A DNA stretch of 64,000 nt from an uncultured Candidatus Saccharibacteria bacterium (GTDB lineage: Bacteria; Patescibacteriota; Minisyncoccia; Phycocordibacterales; GCA-2401445), in contig CAYTAR010000005.1 of NCBI GenBank assembly GCA_964436015.1, positions 17,714 through 81,713 of the forward strand, given 5' to 3'. The notes under the pieces were generated by a model, which did no database searches, was not told the origin of the DNA, and saw only the letters and a list, made by a program, of their open reading frames with translations. How positions within the stretch are numbered: the stretch's first letter is position 1; each line of letters begins with the position of its first letter. Positions 31,407 to 39,861 of this stretch are shown one piece after another. A program made the translations under genes and the position numbers.

Positions 31407-31427
31407 ACGAAGCTCTAGCCGCGAAAC
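31407..31427 (+). repeat. tRNA-Asn 3'-end-like fragment (F4)
   Basis: GACGAAGCTCTAGCCGCGAAAC; the CTAGCCGCG stretch matches the tRNA acceptor 3' strand; followed by TTGACT-17-TATCAT promoter-like boxes. Confidence 0.55.
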
Positions 31428-31525
31428 ATTGCTTGACTTTTAATATATAATGTGTTATCATATAAAAAGTAATTCCAACCGTATGGTTAGGTGGTTCCGA
31501 AAGGAATAACAAGGTAATTGTATCC

Positions 31526-31846
31526 TTGAAAAATACATCAAAAACAGATAAGAGAATGGAGTTAATTATGGCCAGAACATTAAGAGTAGTAAGTTGTCCC
31601 GACCGCCTAAAACTGGCGTTTTGTCTCCTTGAAGGGGACAATAAAAATCAGGCCCCAGTACAGTTCATGGTTAAGGAGAACGATGGCGAAAATCAATGGG
31701 CAGAGTATGTAAATCTTGACAGCATAGGAAGGGAAGACGGGAGTGGAGGTAATTTCAACCTAACTGGATGGAATACCGCAAACAAAGCTCGCGTCAGGAT
31801 TTTCCTTTCACTTAAACACCGCTCTGGCGTGATGACTTTCGAGTAG
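31526..31846 (+). CDS. hypothetical protein (106 aa; alternative start at 31556)
   Basis: ORF with its own promoter-like boxes and terminator; no domain recognised. Confidence 0.4.
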   Translation: MKNTSKTDKRMELIMARTLRVVSCPDRLKLAFCLLEGDNKNQAPVQFMVKENDGENQWAEYVNLDSIGREDGSGGNFNLTGWNTANKARVRIFLSLKHRSGVMTFE

Positions 31847-31860
31847 TACTCTAATCAAAT

Positions 31861-31894
31861 CCACTGCGCAGAAACCTGTCGCAGTGGTTTTTTA
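31861..31894 (+). terminator. rho-independent terminator
   Basis: CCACTGCG-cagaaacctgt-CGCAGTGG hairpin followed by TTTTTTATTT. Confidence 0.65.
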
Positions 31895-31990
31895 TTTGTA
31901 TAAACTTAGATTGCTTAATTTTTAATAATTTACCTTTAGTTTGTAGTGCTGAGCGTGTTTAGTATAGAGAATTGTGTATGGATAGAATAT

Positions 31991-32054
31991 GAAAAATAAT
32001 TGTACTTACCCCTGTTTTCTTCTTATCCCTGTTTTCTTATCCCTGTTTTCTCTC
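31991..32054 (+). repeat. motif M4 with a triplicated TATCCCTGTTTTCT unit
   Basis: GAAAAATAATTGTACTTACCCCTGTTTTCTTCTTATCCCTGTTTTCTTATCCCTGTTTTCTCTC. Confidence 0.7.
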
Positions 32055-32093
32055 GGAAGTGAAAGAAGTCACTATTTCTGCTAAAATAGCCTC

Positions 32094-32681
32094 ATGGGAC
32101 CTCAAAAAGATTGGTCTGACTATTACAAAGCAACACAATCAAAACCGCCTAGGCCACTCTTGGTTAAGGCACTTGAGTATGTAAACAATAAAGTTAAGGC
32201 TATTGATATTGGTGGGGGTGCGCTCAACGACACAAAATATCTCCTTGATCAGGGGTTTGAAGTAACAGTAATTGATAAAAGCCCGCTGGTGGAACAAGAG
32301 GCTAAAAAAATACCAAACAATAAGCTACAGGCAATCACTACTTCGTTTGAAGATTTTAGTTTTTCAAATGAGGAGTATGATCTTGCTTCAGCAATGTTTG
32401 CACTTCCATTTACATCACCAACTCATTTCAATGAAGTGCTTGAAAAGATAAAAAGGTCACTCAAGAAGGGTGGGATATTTTGCGGTCAATTCTTTGGAGA
32501 TCGTGATGAATGGAATATAAATCCTAAGATGACTTTCCATACTAAAGCAGAAGTCGAAAATCTTCTCAAGGACCTCGAGGTTATTTCTTTTAAGGAAGAT
32601 GAGAAAGAAGACAAGACTGCCACTGGTGGCATGAAGCATTGGCACATCTTTCATATAATTGCTCGCAAAAAACGAGGTTAA
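32094..32681 (+). CDS. class I SAM-dependent methyltransferase (TehB-like)
   Basis: AIDIGGGALNDTKYLLDQGFEVTVIDKSP motif I/II; 195 aa. Confidence 0.7.
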   Translation: MGPQKDWSDYYKATQSKPPRPLLVKALEYVNNKVKAIDIGGGALNDTKYLLDQGFEVTVIDKSPLVEQEAKKIPNNKLQAITTSFEDFSFSNEEYDLASAMFALPFTSPTHFNEVLEKIKRSLKKGGIFCGQFFGDRDEWNINPKMTFHTKAEVENLLKDLEVISFKEDEKEDKTATGGMKHWHIFHIIARKKRG

Positions 32682-32708
32682 ATCTCGTTCTGTATAACTA
32701 GTTATTTT

Positions 32709-33251
32709 ATGAAAACATTAAATAAGTATAATATCGGAAAAATTGCAGAAAGAATTGTTATGAATGAATTAGAATCTCGGGGCTACAGAGCAACAGATTT
32801 AAACAAAGATGGCCTCAGTGCAAACTCAGATATTTTAGCTGCTAAAGGTGGAAAAACTTGGCAGATTCAAGTAAAAGGGTCTACTAATAAAATTACAGAT
32901 AGATGGTGGGTTCAGTATGGATATTGTAATGAGAAAATTATAAACAAAGAATCCAGTGTATTTAATAGCAAAGATTCTTTTTATTTTGCTGACTATGTTG
33001 CTCTTGTTGCTATAAAATCACCATCTGATTATCGTATATTTATTATGCCTTCAAGAATAGCGGAAAGGGCAGCACAATTAAATTTGGATAGATATTATAG
33101 AAGACCTAGGGTTAGAGATGGGGGTGTTAGACAGCCTGGTAAAATTTGGGTTGCAGTTGAGAGAAGTAAATTAGAAAGACAAAATGATCCTTCGTTAGAT
33201 AAAGAACGAAGTATATTACAAAAAAGTGAAGATCAATGGGAATTAAAATAA
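32709..33251 (+). CDS. PD-(D/E)xK fold protein resembling Holliday-junction resolvase Hjc (QxK variant)
   Basis: SDILAAKGGKTWQIQVKGS matches the Hjc core D..K..hhIEVK with Q in place of E; the gene is very AT-rich. Confidence 0.45.
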   Translation: MKTLNKYNIGKIAERIVMNELESRGYRATDLNKDGLSANSDILAAKGGKTWQIQVKGSTNKITDRWWVQYGYCNEKIINKESSVFNSKDSFYFADYVALVAIKSPSDYRIFIMPSRIAERAAQLNLDRYYRRPRVRDGGVRQPGKIWVAVERSKLERQNDPSLDKERSILQKSEDQWELK

Positions 33252-33434
33252 TTTTTTATAATTTATCCTATCAAAATTTTAATATTAAAACCAAGTAGTT
33301 AGATGTTAATCATTAGAGCCACAAAATTTACACTTAAAACCCCAAGACTAAAGTCTCAGGGTTTTAAGTTTATAATCACTCGGCCACGGGGCGAGTGAGA
33401 TATGCCTCGTACAAAAAATGACACCATGAGTAAT

Positions 33435-33689
33435 CTATGCAGTTCGTATAGCTTTAACAATCCCAATGAGCACAATTGCTCCTAGAAGAGCTACGAGAAA
33501 ACTATACAAGTTGAAACTGGTAATGGCGCCAGTTTCTCCAAAAAAACTCATAAGCCATCCGCCAATTACTGCACCTATTACACCGACAACTACATTAAGT
33601 ATGAGGCCTTGTGAATTGTCAGTTCCCATAATGATTGATGCTACCCAACCGACGAGTCCTCCGAATATAATCCAAATAATAACTCCCAT
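33435..33689 (-). CDS. GlsB/YeaQ/YmgE family stress-response membrane protein
   Basis: 84 aa with Gly-zipper TM helices (GGLVGWVASIIMG...GVIGAVIGGWL). Confidence 0.85.
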   Translation of the reverse strand: MGVIIWIIFGGLVGWVASIIMGTDNSQGLILNVVVGVIGAVIGGWLMSFFGETGAITSFNLYSFLVALLGAIVLIGIVKAIRTA

Positions 33690-33790
33690 ATGGTTTTGTG
33701 GTTAGCTGATAATATACCCCTGATGTTGTTTTATTCCCTATATTTTATTCTGGTATTTTTTACCCTTTCCTAACTCTGTTCCTCTTAGCT

Positions 33791-33964
33791 CTAATTTTTG
33801 TTTTCCTTTTCTTCCTCAGAGTCATCTGCTGATTCATGGGAGACTTCAGCATCAGTAGTCTTCGCATCAGCAACTCTTTGCTCAGCATGCGTCTTTTCAT
33901 CGACGGCTTTTTTTACGTTATGGTTAGACTTTTCTTCTTTATTGCGATTATTGTGTTCATTCAT
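33791..33964 (-). CDS. candidate small Lys/Glu-rich hydrophilic protein (57 aa)
   Basis: Reads MNEHNNRNKEEKSNHNVKKAVDEKTHAEQRVADAKTT...; the alternative + strand ORF 33798..34013 is Ser-rich and low-complexity. Confidence 0.25.
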   Translation of the reverse strand: MNEHNNRNKEEKSNHNVKKAVDEKTHAEQRVADAKTTDAEVSHESADDSEEEKENKN

Positions 33965-34129
33965 ATGTTTGTTGTTGTTAATTATTAATACTAATAATAG
34001 GGGTTATACATAAACCGCCGAGCAATGGAGAAAACTATTACAGACTGTTTGATTCTGTAATTTTCTTTTGAATCAAACGGCATAGTTCGTATAGAGGTTA
34101 TATTAAAAGTTAATTCTAATAAAAATAGT

Positions 34130-34378
34130 ATGACAACAGTAATAAATACGCCTCCAGCACATAACACTAATACAGAGCGTACTGACGCGGGGGGTTGGGC
34201 TGTAGCAATAATTGTTCTGATCGCGGTTATAGGAACTGGAATATTTTTCTGGCTCAATTATCGAGATACTCCAGCACCAGCGCCACAGACTCCAAGTGCT
34301 GCAGATACTTCAACCAATATAAACGTTACACTTCCAGGCACAGATACTGAAGATCCAGAGGCAACTGATTCCGAGTAG
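34130..34378 (+). CDS. small single-TM protein with a Pro/Thr-rich tail
   Basis: One hydrophobic helix (WAVAIIVLIAVIGTGIFFWL); 82 aa. Confidence 0.4.
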   Translation: MTTVINTPPAHNTNTERTDAGGWAVAIIVLIAVIGTGIFFWLNYRDTPAPAPQTPSAADTSTNINVTLPGTDTEDPEATDSE

Positions 34379-34469
34379 TTGCGAAACTTCCGATTTTGAA
34401 CCTCGGCAAGGGGAGGATTCGTGTGGTCCAAAAGGTTACTTGTTAATGATTTCAACGTATACTATTTAC

Positions 34470-35225
34470 ATGAACAAAACACTTATATGGGTTGCCGTTG
34501 TCATTGTATTGGCTATAGGGGTGTGGTCCTTTTTTCAAAAAGAAGAGGTTGCTCCTATTGGAGGAAGTAGGGATAGTAATGGCTGTTTGGTCGCGGGGGG
34601 TTACACTTTTGATGAAGAGGTAAGGGCGTGTATTAGAGCATTTGAAATGACCCCCGATATTAAGCAAGCGTCTAGGTTGGCGGTTGAGCGTGTCGGAGCA
34701 GGTTACGCGCTTACAGTCGTATCATTTAATTCGTATGAAGAAAAGGGGAACTACGACATTATGCTTGAGCGAGGAGAAGAGCGCACAAAAGAGGCCGTGT
34801 ATATTCGCCAAGGAAATGTTGTTGAACCGCAACGTGTGCAGATATATTACTATAATGCGGAGCAAGACAGTGATGCAGAAGGAAACATTCAGTGCAGTAA
34901 AGACGGACTGGTCGCGCTTGAACGTGAAATACCACCAACACAAACTCCTCTCAAGGAAGCTATTGAACTTCTCCTTGAGGGTCGCGTAACTCCAAAAGAG
35001 AAAACGCAGGGTATCATGACAGAATTTCCTCTTGAAGGTGTGGTGTTGATGAATGCATCTATCGTAGATGGAGTTGCAACGTTGACTTTTGATGACCCGC
35101 AAAATAAGACCGGTGGTGGTTCATGTCGTGTGTCCATACTGTGGGCGCAAATTGAAGCGACCGCAAAACAGTTCCCGGCTGTAGAGTCGGTACGCTTTTT
35201 GCCGGAGGAGTTATTCCAGCCCTAA
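34470..35225 (+). CDS. GerMN domain-containing membrane-anchored protein
   Basis: N-terminal TM then a C-terminal GerMN-like region (LLEGRVTPKEKTQGIMTEFPLEGVVLMNASIVDGVATLTF). Confidence 0.65.
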   Translation: MNKTLIWVAVVIVLAIGVWSFFQKEEVAPIGGSRDSNGCLVAGGYTFDEEVRACIRAFEMTPDIKQASRLAVERVGAGYALTVVSFNSYEEKGNYDIMLERGEERTKEAVYIRQGNVVEPQRVQIYYYNAEQDSDAEGNIQCSKDGLVALEREIPPTQTPLKEAIELLLEGRVTPKEKTQGIMTEFPLEGVVLMNASIVDGVATLTFDDPQNKTGGGSCRVSILWAQIEATAKQFPAVESVRFLPEELFQP

Positions 35226-35281
35226 ATCTATTATTTCGTCTCCGAGGTCCAACCTCGGTAAGGGTCTAATTATGATATAAT

Positions 35282-35497
35282 GTGGTTATGCAAAAAATAG
35301 CTACACGAATTTTTATCTATTCTTCAATAGCGTTTGGGATAATCGGAATGGGTATTGTGTTAACTGCTTCTGGACCTGATACTCCAGATTCAAAACTTGA
35401 TGAAACATTGATCAGGCTCCTCTTTGCGACGGTTTTCATTATACTTCCTTCATTTGCGTTAAGCATTGCAGGTAAATACTTAAATAACAATTCGTAG
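35282..35497 (+). CDS. small 2-TM membrane protein
   Basis: Two hydrophobic helices; 71 aa. Confidence 0.35.
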   Translation: MVMQKIATRIFIYSSIAFGIIGMGIVLTASGPDTPDSKLDETLIRLLFATVFIILPSFALSIAGKYLNNNS

Positions 35498-35559
35498 ATT
35501 TCCATAAGACAAAGAGTATATGTAGAAGCTCGCATAGCCACATTCAGCACGTTGTAAGT

Positions 35560-36273
35560 ATGGCCACTGAATTAATACAAAAGGAGTTACGAAAATACGC
35601 GAGTAAAAAGCGTGCTTTGGTGAGTCGTCGGTTTTTCAAAACAGGAAAGGGTCAGTATGGAGAGGGGGATATATTTGTGGGAGTATCAAACCCTGATGCA
35701 CGCAAAGCGGCGAAAATGTTCGTACACGCCTCTTTTTCTGATATTAGAGCGTTGCTTGAGTCTTCAGTTCACGAAGACCGTTTTGTGGCACTTGAAATAC
35801 TTGTTGCGCAATATGAGAATGCAAAAAAGAAGAATGAAACTAAAGTTCGAAAGAGTATTGTTGATTTTTATTTAGCACATACTGACAGGGTTAACAATTG
35901 GGACTTGGTTGATACCAGCGCTCCGTATTTACTCGGGGATTACCTTCGTAAAAAGTCAAAAAGTATTTTGTATCGCCTGGTACAATCTAAAAAATTGTGG
36001 GAAAGAAGAATTGCGGTTGTATCTACACTTGGATTGATACAGGTGCATATGTATACCGACACCTTGAAGCTCGTTTATATATTGCGGAATGACCGTGAGG
36101 ATTTGATTCATAAAGCGTGCGGATGGATGTTGCGAGAGGTAGGGAAGCGGGATAAACTGACACTCGTTAATTTTCTTGATACGCACGGATCGTCTATACC
36201 GCGTACAACACTTCGGTATGCGATTGAACGATTGTCTCTAAAGCAAAGAAAACGATATATGGGCAAAAAATAA
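35560..36273 (+). CDS. DNA alkylation repair enzyme (AlkD/AlkC-like HEAT-repeat glycosylase family)
   Basis: ELRKYASKKRALVSRRFFKTGKGQYGEGDIFVGV N-terminus characteristic of this family. Confidence 0.8.
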   Translation: MATELIQKELRKYASKKRALVSRRFFKTGKGQYGEGDIFVGVSNPDARKAAKMFVHASFSDIRALLESSVHEDRFVALEILVAQYENAKKKNETKVRKSIVDFYLAHTDRVNNWDLVDTSAPYLLGDYLRKKSKSILYRLVQSKKLWERRIAVVSTLGLIQVHMYTDTLKLVYILRNDREDLIHKACGWMLREVGKRDKLTLVNFLDTHGSSIPRTTLRYAIERLSLKQRKRYMGKK

Positions 36274-36294
36274 CCCCGCAATGTATTGCGGGGG
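36274..36294 (-). terminator. hairpin CCCCGCAAT-gt-ATTGCGGGG (copy 1 of 2)
   Basis: Same 21-nt hairpin recurs at 36806..36830; the U-tract lies on the minus-strand side. Confidence 0.45.
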
Positions 36295-36805
36295 GATCTC
36301 ATAGGCAGATAGGTCTTTTTTATTTTCTGAATTAATGATAGTTTTATATAGGAAAGGAATAAAGGCGATGAGAAGAATAGTAGGATTTATAACACAACCT
36401 TCAGTTACCTCGTTTGGCGATAATGTGTATCGCCCGAGATACTTTTCTGTTTTGTCAGACATGCTTTGTCTTTTTACCCTTGGAATCATCAAGCCAAGGA
36501 GGAGGAAAGGAGAGGTTTGCTTCGGTGACCTTTCATTCTAGTTATTGCGCTCGCTCAACACCCACTTGGAGTAATCCTTGTGGGTGTTTTTTTGAAAGGG
36601 AATCAGGGGGGGGCTAGTTACATTCAGGCCCAGTAATTGAACCAAGAATTTGCAACATAGAGCCGTTGTGGTCTATACATGAACTATATGCTTCGGAACT
36701 TAGTGGTATTGAAATCGCAAATTTAGATATTATTCCAGATGCATTACATCTATAAACTTTTATTTGAGTATATGCTGTATGTAGTGTGTATAAGTGTATA
36801 TATAA

Positions 36806-36830
36806 AACCCCCGCAATGTATTGCGGGGGG
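36806..36830 (-). terminator. hairpin CCCCCGCAAT-gt-ATTGCGGGGGGG (copy 2), terminator of the minus-strand gene 36842..37108
   Basis: Hairpin followed on the minus strand by TTTTATATAT. Confidence 0.5.
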
Positions 36831-36841
36831 GGGGTAGGAAA

Positions 36842-37108
36842 TCAGGAGATGAGTTCCTGCAAGTATCCTTGAGGTGTGAATCTGCGCGTACGCATGTGAG
36901 AGGCGAGGCGCATTTTGAACTGTTCCTCAAGTCCGGGAGTCCTCTCCCAATCGAGCCTGACGCCAATCCTGTGACAGGTGAACGTGAACGGGTCGGGGCA
37001 CGCGTTTGGACTTACCCCAAACAGGGTGCAGATATCTCTCTGTGAGACGTTGCGGTTGAACTCCACATGGAGGTTATTCCCTGTGCATTCAATGACAGAT
37101 GTTTGCAT
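36842..37108 (-). CDS. hypothetical HTH-like protein, possible transposase N-terminal remnant
   Basis: ICTLFGVSPNA resembles the IS630-type HTH FGVSP motif; short, no catalytic domain; higher GC. Confidence 0.25.
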   Translation of the reverse strand: MQTSVIECTGNNLHVEFNRNVSQRDICTLFGVSPNACPDPFTFTCHRIGVRLDWERTPGLEEQFKMRLASHMRTRRFTPQGYLQELIS

Positions 37109-37214
37109 AATGTACTGTATTCCTTGTTTCGTTGCTCTCACCTTGAGATTGTTCCAACAAAAACAATCACACTATTCTACAGTAAAACGTAATTTTGTCA
37201 ATTCTCACCTGTGA

Positions 37215-37245
37215 AAAACCGCCACTCAAAGAGAATGGCGGTTTA
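37215..37245 (-). terminator. hairpin terminator
   Basis: AAAACCGCCA-ctcaaagagaa-TGGCGGTTT. Confidence 0.5.
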
Positions 37246-37476
37246 GGTGTCCGGAGTCTTCGGGTGGGCAGTAATACTCATTATCCGATTTGCTAGGCGT
37301 GGATGTTTTCCGAGCTCGAGGATTGTGTGTAGGTATTCATCGGGAGCAATACCTGTGATTTGGTTAAGTGTGGACAAAAAACGGACATTCCGTAGTCCTT
37401 GTGCACGCGCTACTTCCATTACACCGATATGTTTGGACGCGTGCTTCCAAGTGAGTCTAATAGTAACAACATGCAT
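37243..37476 (-). CDS. hypothetical small protein
   Basis: 77-aa ORF ending at the terminator; no domain recognised. Confidence 0.25.
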   Translation of the reverse strand: MHVVTIRLTWKHASKHIGVMEVARAQGLRNVRFLSTLNQITGIAPDEYLHTILELGKHPRLANRIMSITAHPKTPDT

Positions 37477-37534
37477 CTGTGTATGATAGTACCGATAGAT
37501 ACGGGTATTGGCAACTTTGCTATACTTTGAGTAT

Positions 37535-37756
37535 ATGTATGTAAAAGTACGAGTTACTGCTGGTGCAAAGAAAGAGAAAAGTATCCGTTTGTCTGAGTCT
37601 TTGTTTGAGATACAGGTAAAAGAGCGAGCGGAAAGAAATATGGCAAATAGGAGGGTTCAGGGTATTCTCGCTGGCGAGTTTACAGTACCTCCTCGCTCGG
37701 TGCGTCTCATTAGCGGACATAGAAGTCCTGTAAAGGTTTTTTCAATTGATGTATAA
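37535..37756 (+). CDS. DUF167 (YggU/UPF0235) family protein
   Basis: VKVRVTAGAKKE...ANRRVQGILA...RLISGHRSPVKV matches the DUF167 consensus. Confidence 0.7.
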   Translation: MYVKVRVTAGAKKEKSIRLSESLFEIQVKERAERNMANRRVQGILAGEFTVPPRSVRLISGHRSPVKVFSIDV

Positions 37757-37763
37757 TAAAAGT

Positions 37764-38129
37764 ATGGCAACAAATATAAAAACAAAACATATTGAGCTTA
37801 CCCCAGAATTGAGGGATATTATCACTAAGAAGGTGTCTGCGTTTGATAAGTTGGTTGATTTGAATGATTCAAGCCTGATACTTGATATAGAAATCGGAAA
37901 GGCGACGGAGCATCATCAGAATGGCGATATATATCGAGCTGAATTTAATATTTTCTACAAGGGAAAGACATACCGTGCAGTGGCTGAACGAGGAGATTTG
38001 CAGACCGCGATAGACGAGGCACAGGGTACAATGCTCCATGAATTAAGACAGGGGAAAAGTGAGCGAATTTCTGCACTAAGGAAGGGAGGAATGATGGTAA
38101 AAGAAATGTTACGTAAGTTCTACAAGTAG
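37764..38129 (+). CDS. hpf: ribosome hibernation promoting factor (HPF/RaiA)
   Basis: [22 protein letters not shown]-terminus and size typical of the short HPF/YfiA family. Confidence 0.75.
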   Translation: MATNIKTKHIELTPELRDIITKKVSAFDKLVDLNDSSLILDIEIGKATEHHQNGDIYRAEFNIFYKGKTYRAVAERGDLQTAIDEAQGTMLHELRQGKSERISALRKGGMMVKEMLRKFYK

Positions 38130-38764
38130 TGATGGATCCGTTACATCAAAAATTGAGCCCCTTTATTACATTTCCGTTCCTTGGGTTGTGTTTAGCATTC
38201 GTAATTTTTCTACATTTTATGGTACAAAAAGCTGGAGGGTCGGGTGATGACTTGTTTGTAAATGCACATAGAAACTTTGACGGTGTGGGGAGTATGGTTG
38301 TGTTAGAAACTTCTCTTGGAAGTATTACGGTTGAATTATTTTCGGAAGAGGCTCCAACTACAGTCGGGAACTTTATTCGCCTTGCTCAAAATGGTTTTTA
38401 TGATGGAACCAAGTTTCATCGAGTGATACGTGGATTCATGATTCAAGGAGGTGATCCGCTTTCAAAAGGAATTGATGAGCGTGTGTATGGGACTGGCGGT
38501 CCGGGGTACACCTTTCCTGATGAGATACATGATGTAAAACTTACTAAGGGGATTCTCGCTATGGCGAATGCAGGTCCGAATACTAATGGAAGTCAGTTTT
38601 TTATTGTTACTGCAGACGCGACACCATGGCTTGATGGAAAACACACCCCGTTTGGTCGTGTGATAAATGGAATGGATGTGGTTACAGCAATTGAGTCAGT
38701 TAAAACTAAAGAGAGGGATATACCGGTAGAACCGGTAATACTGACTACGGTCAGAGTTGAGTAA
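38129..38764 (+). CDS. cyclophilin-type peptidyl-prolyl cis-trans isomerase with N-terminal TM anchor
   Basis: [25 protein letters not shown] and [10 protein letters not shown] cyclophilin signatures. Confidence 0.9.
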   Translation: MMDPLHQKLSPFITFPFLGLCLAFVIFLHFMVQKAGGSGDDLFVNAHRNFDGVGSMVVLETSLGSITVELFSEEAPTTVGNFIRLAQNGFYDGTKFHRVIRGFMIQGGDPLSKGIDERVYGTGGPGYTFPDEIHDVKLTKGILAMANAGPNTNGSQFFIVTADATPWLDGKHTPFGRVINGMDVVTAIESVKTKERDIPVEPVILTTVRVE

Positions 38765-38776
38765 CGCTTAATATAA

Positions 38777-38813
38777 AAGCCCGTGAACAACTGCGTTGTT
38801 CACGGGCTTTTTG
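38777..38813 (+). terminator. rho-independent terminator
   Basis: AAGCCCGTGAACAA-ctgcg-TTGTTCACGGGCTT followed by TTTG. Confidence 0.65.
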
Positions 38814-38814
38814 T

Positions 38815-39708
38815 TTAGATGTAGTAGCGAACATCTAGCTCCCCAAGCTCGGTGCACCACTTGTGCAATATAACCGCAAGCGCTCCGCCACATACCGCAA
38901 GAGTTCCGAAGTATGCGAAGTCTCCGAATGTGTGAAGTCCTTCAGGGTAGCAGTAATGACCCAAAAAGACACAAAGACCAGCGATAATGCTTGCAGATGG
39001 ACCTCGGTAGAGGAGCAAATTAGTAACCAGTGTCAAAAAGAGATCCACTATCCAAAAACATAACGCTACGAGAAAAAAGATACATGACCACCATAGCCAA
39101 TATTTGGCATAGTAGGCCATAATTGAGAGTACAATGATGCTACATATTTCTTTGGTGTGTGTGTACTTCCACTCTTTTTTCCCAAACCAAGTCTCCATGC
39201 GCTCAAGGAAAATGGACAGCGTTATGGTGATAGGGAGCAGGGTAAATCTCCCAACACTCCTTCTTCGCAATTCAAATATCCCTGCAAGAAGGAGCATTCC
39301 TAACCCCATGATTACACCAGTTAGTAGGTAGTAGGCTACAAAGCCTCCGACCATTCTTAGTATGTCAAAAAACAAATTGCCTTCAGGTGGCATTTTCCCT
39401 AGCATGACAATGTTTTGTTTGATGAAGATACCAACAATAATTATTCCTCCAATGATGAGGAGCGTGTGCTGAAGAGAAAATGCCTTTTCCAAACGAGCTG
39501 AGGCATTTTTTGCTTGTGCACCGAATGCTCCTCGCACGGAATGTATTTCTCGCTTCACCAGTGTGAAGAGGAATTGGTCAGGCACAAAGAGCGCAATGAG
39601 TGCGCCCGCAAACACACCATAAAACACGTCTGAGATGAGGGCGACTGCGTAGCCGAAGACCGTACCGGAAATTACTGCCAGAAACAGCTTAAGGGCTATA
39701 TTATTCAT
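38815..39708 (-). CDS. polytopic membrane protein, unknown function
   Basis: About 8 predicted TM helices; 297 aa. Confidence 0.5.
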   Translation of the reverse strand: MNNIALKLFLAVISGTVFGYAVALISDVFYGVFAGALIALFVPDQFLFTLVKREIHSVRGAFGAQAKNASARLEKAFSLQHTLLIIGGIIIVGIFIKQNIVMLGKMPPEGNLFFDILRMVGGFVAYYLLTGVIMGLGMLLLAGIFELRRRSVGRFTLLPITITLSIFLERMETWFGKKEWKYTHTKEICSIIVLSIMAYYAKYWLWWSCIFFLVALCFWIVDLFLTLVTNLLLYRGPSASIIAGLCVFLGHYCYPEGLHTFGDFAYFGTLAVCGGALAVILHKWCTELGELDVRYYI

Positions 39709-39861
39709 AATGTGCGTTCAAGGTTGAGGTTTATTCTGCGTACACTATTGCGTGTGAGAGGCTATTTGTCAATCAAAAGCCAAGAAATTAACTCAACCGC
39801 AAGTCGGACTTGCAAAAAGGTAATGTTGCGCAATATAAAATCTCTATATTCCTCTATTTTC

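Noticed and set aside
22650-33300. An integrase or recombinase gene inside the island
   Set aside because: I inspected every ORF over 60 aa in the island for tyrosine-recombinase (R..HxxR..Y) or serine-recombinase motifs and found none. The 322-aa product of 27911 lacks them.
33798-34013. 71-aa Ser-rich + strand ORF
   Set aside because: It is low complexity (SSSESSADS...) and antisense to a more protein-like Lys/Glu-rich small ORF (33791..33964). Neither is certain.
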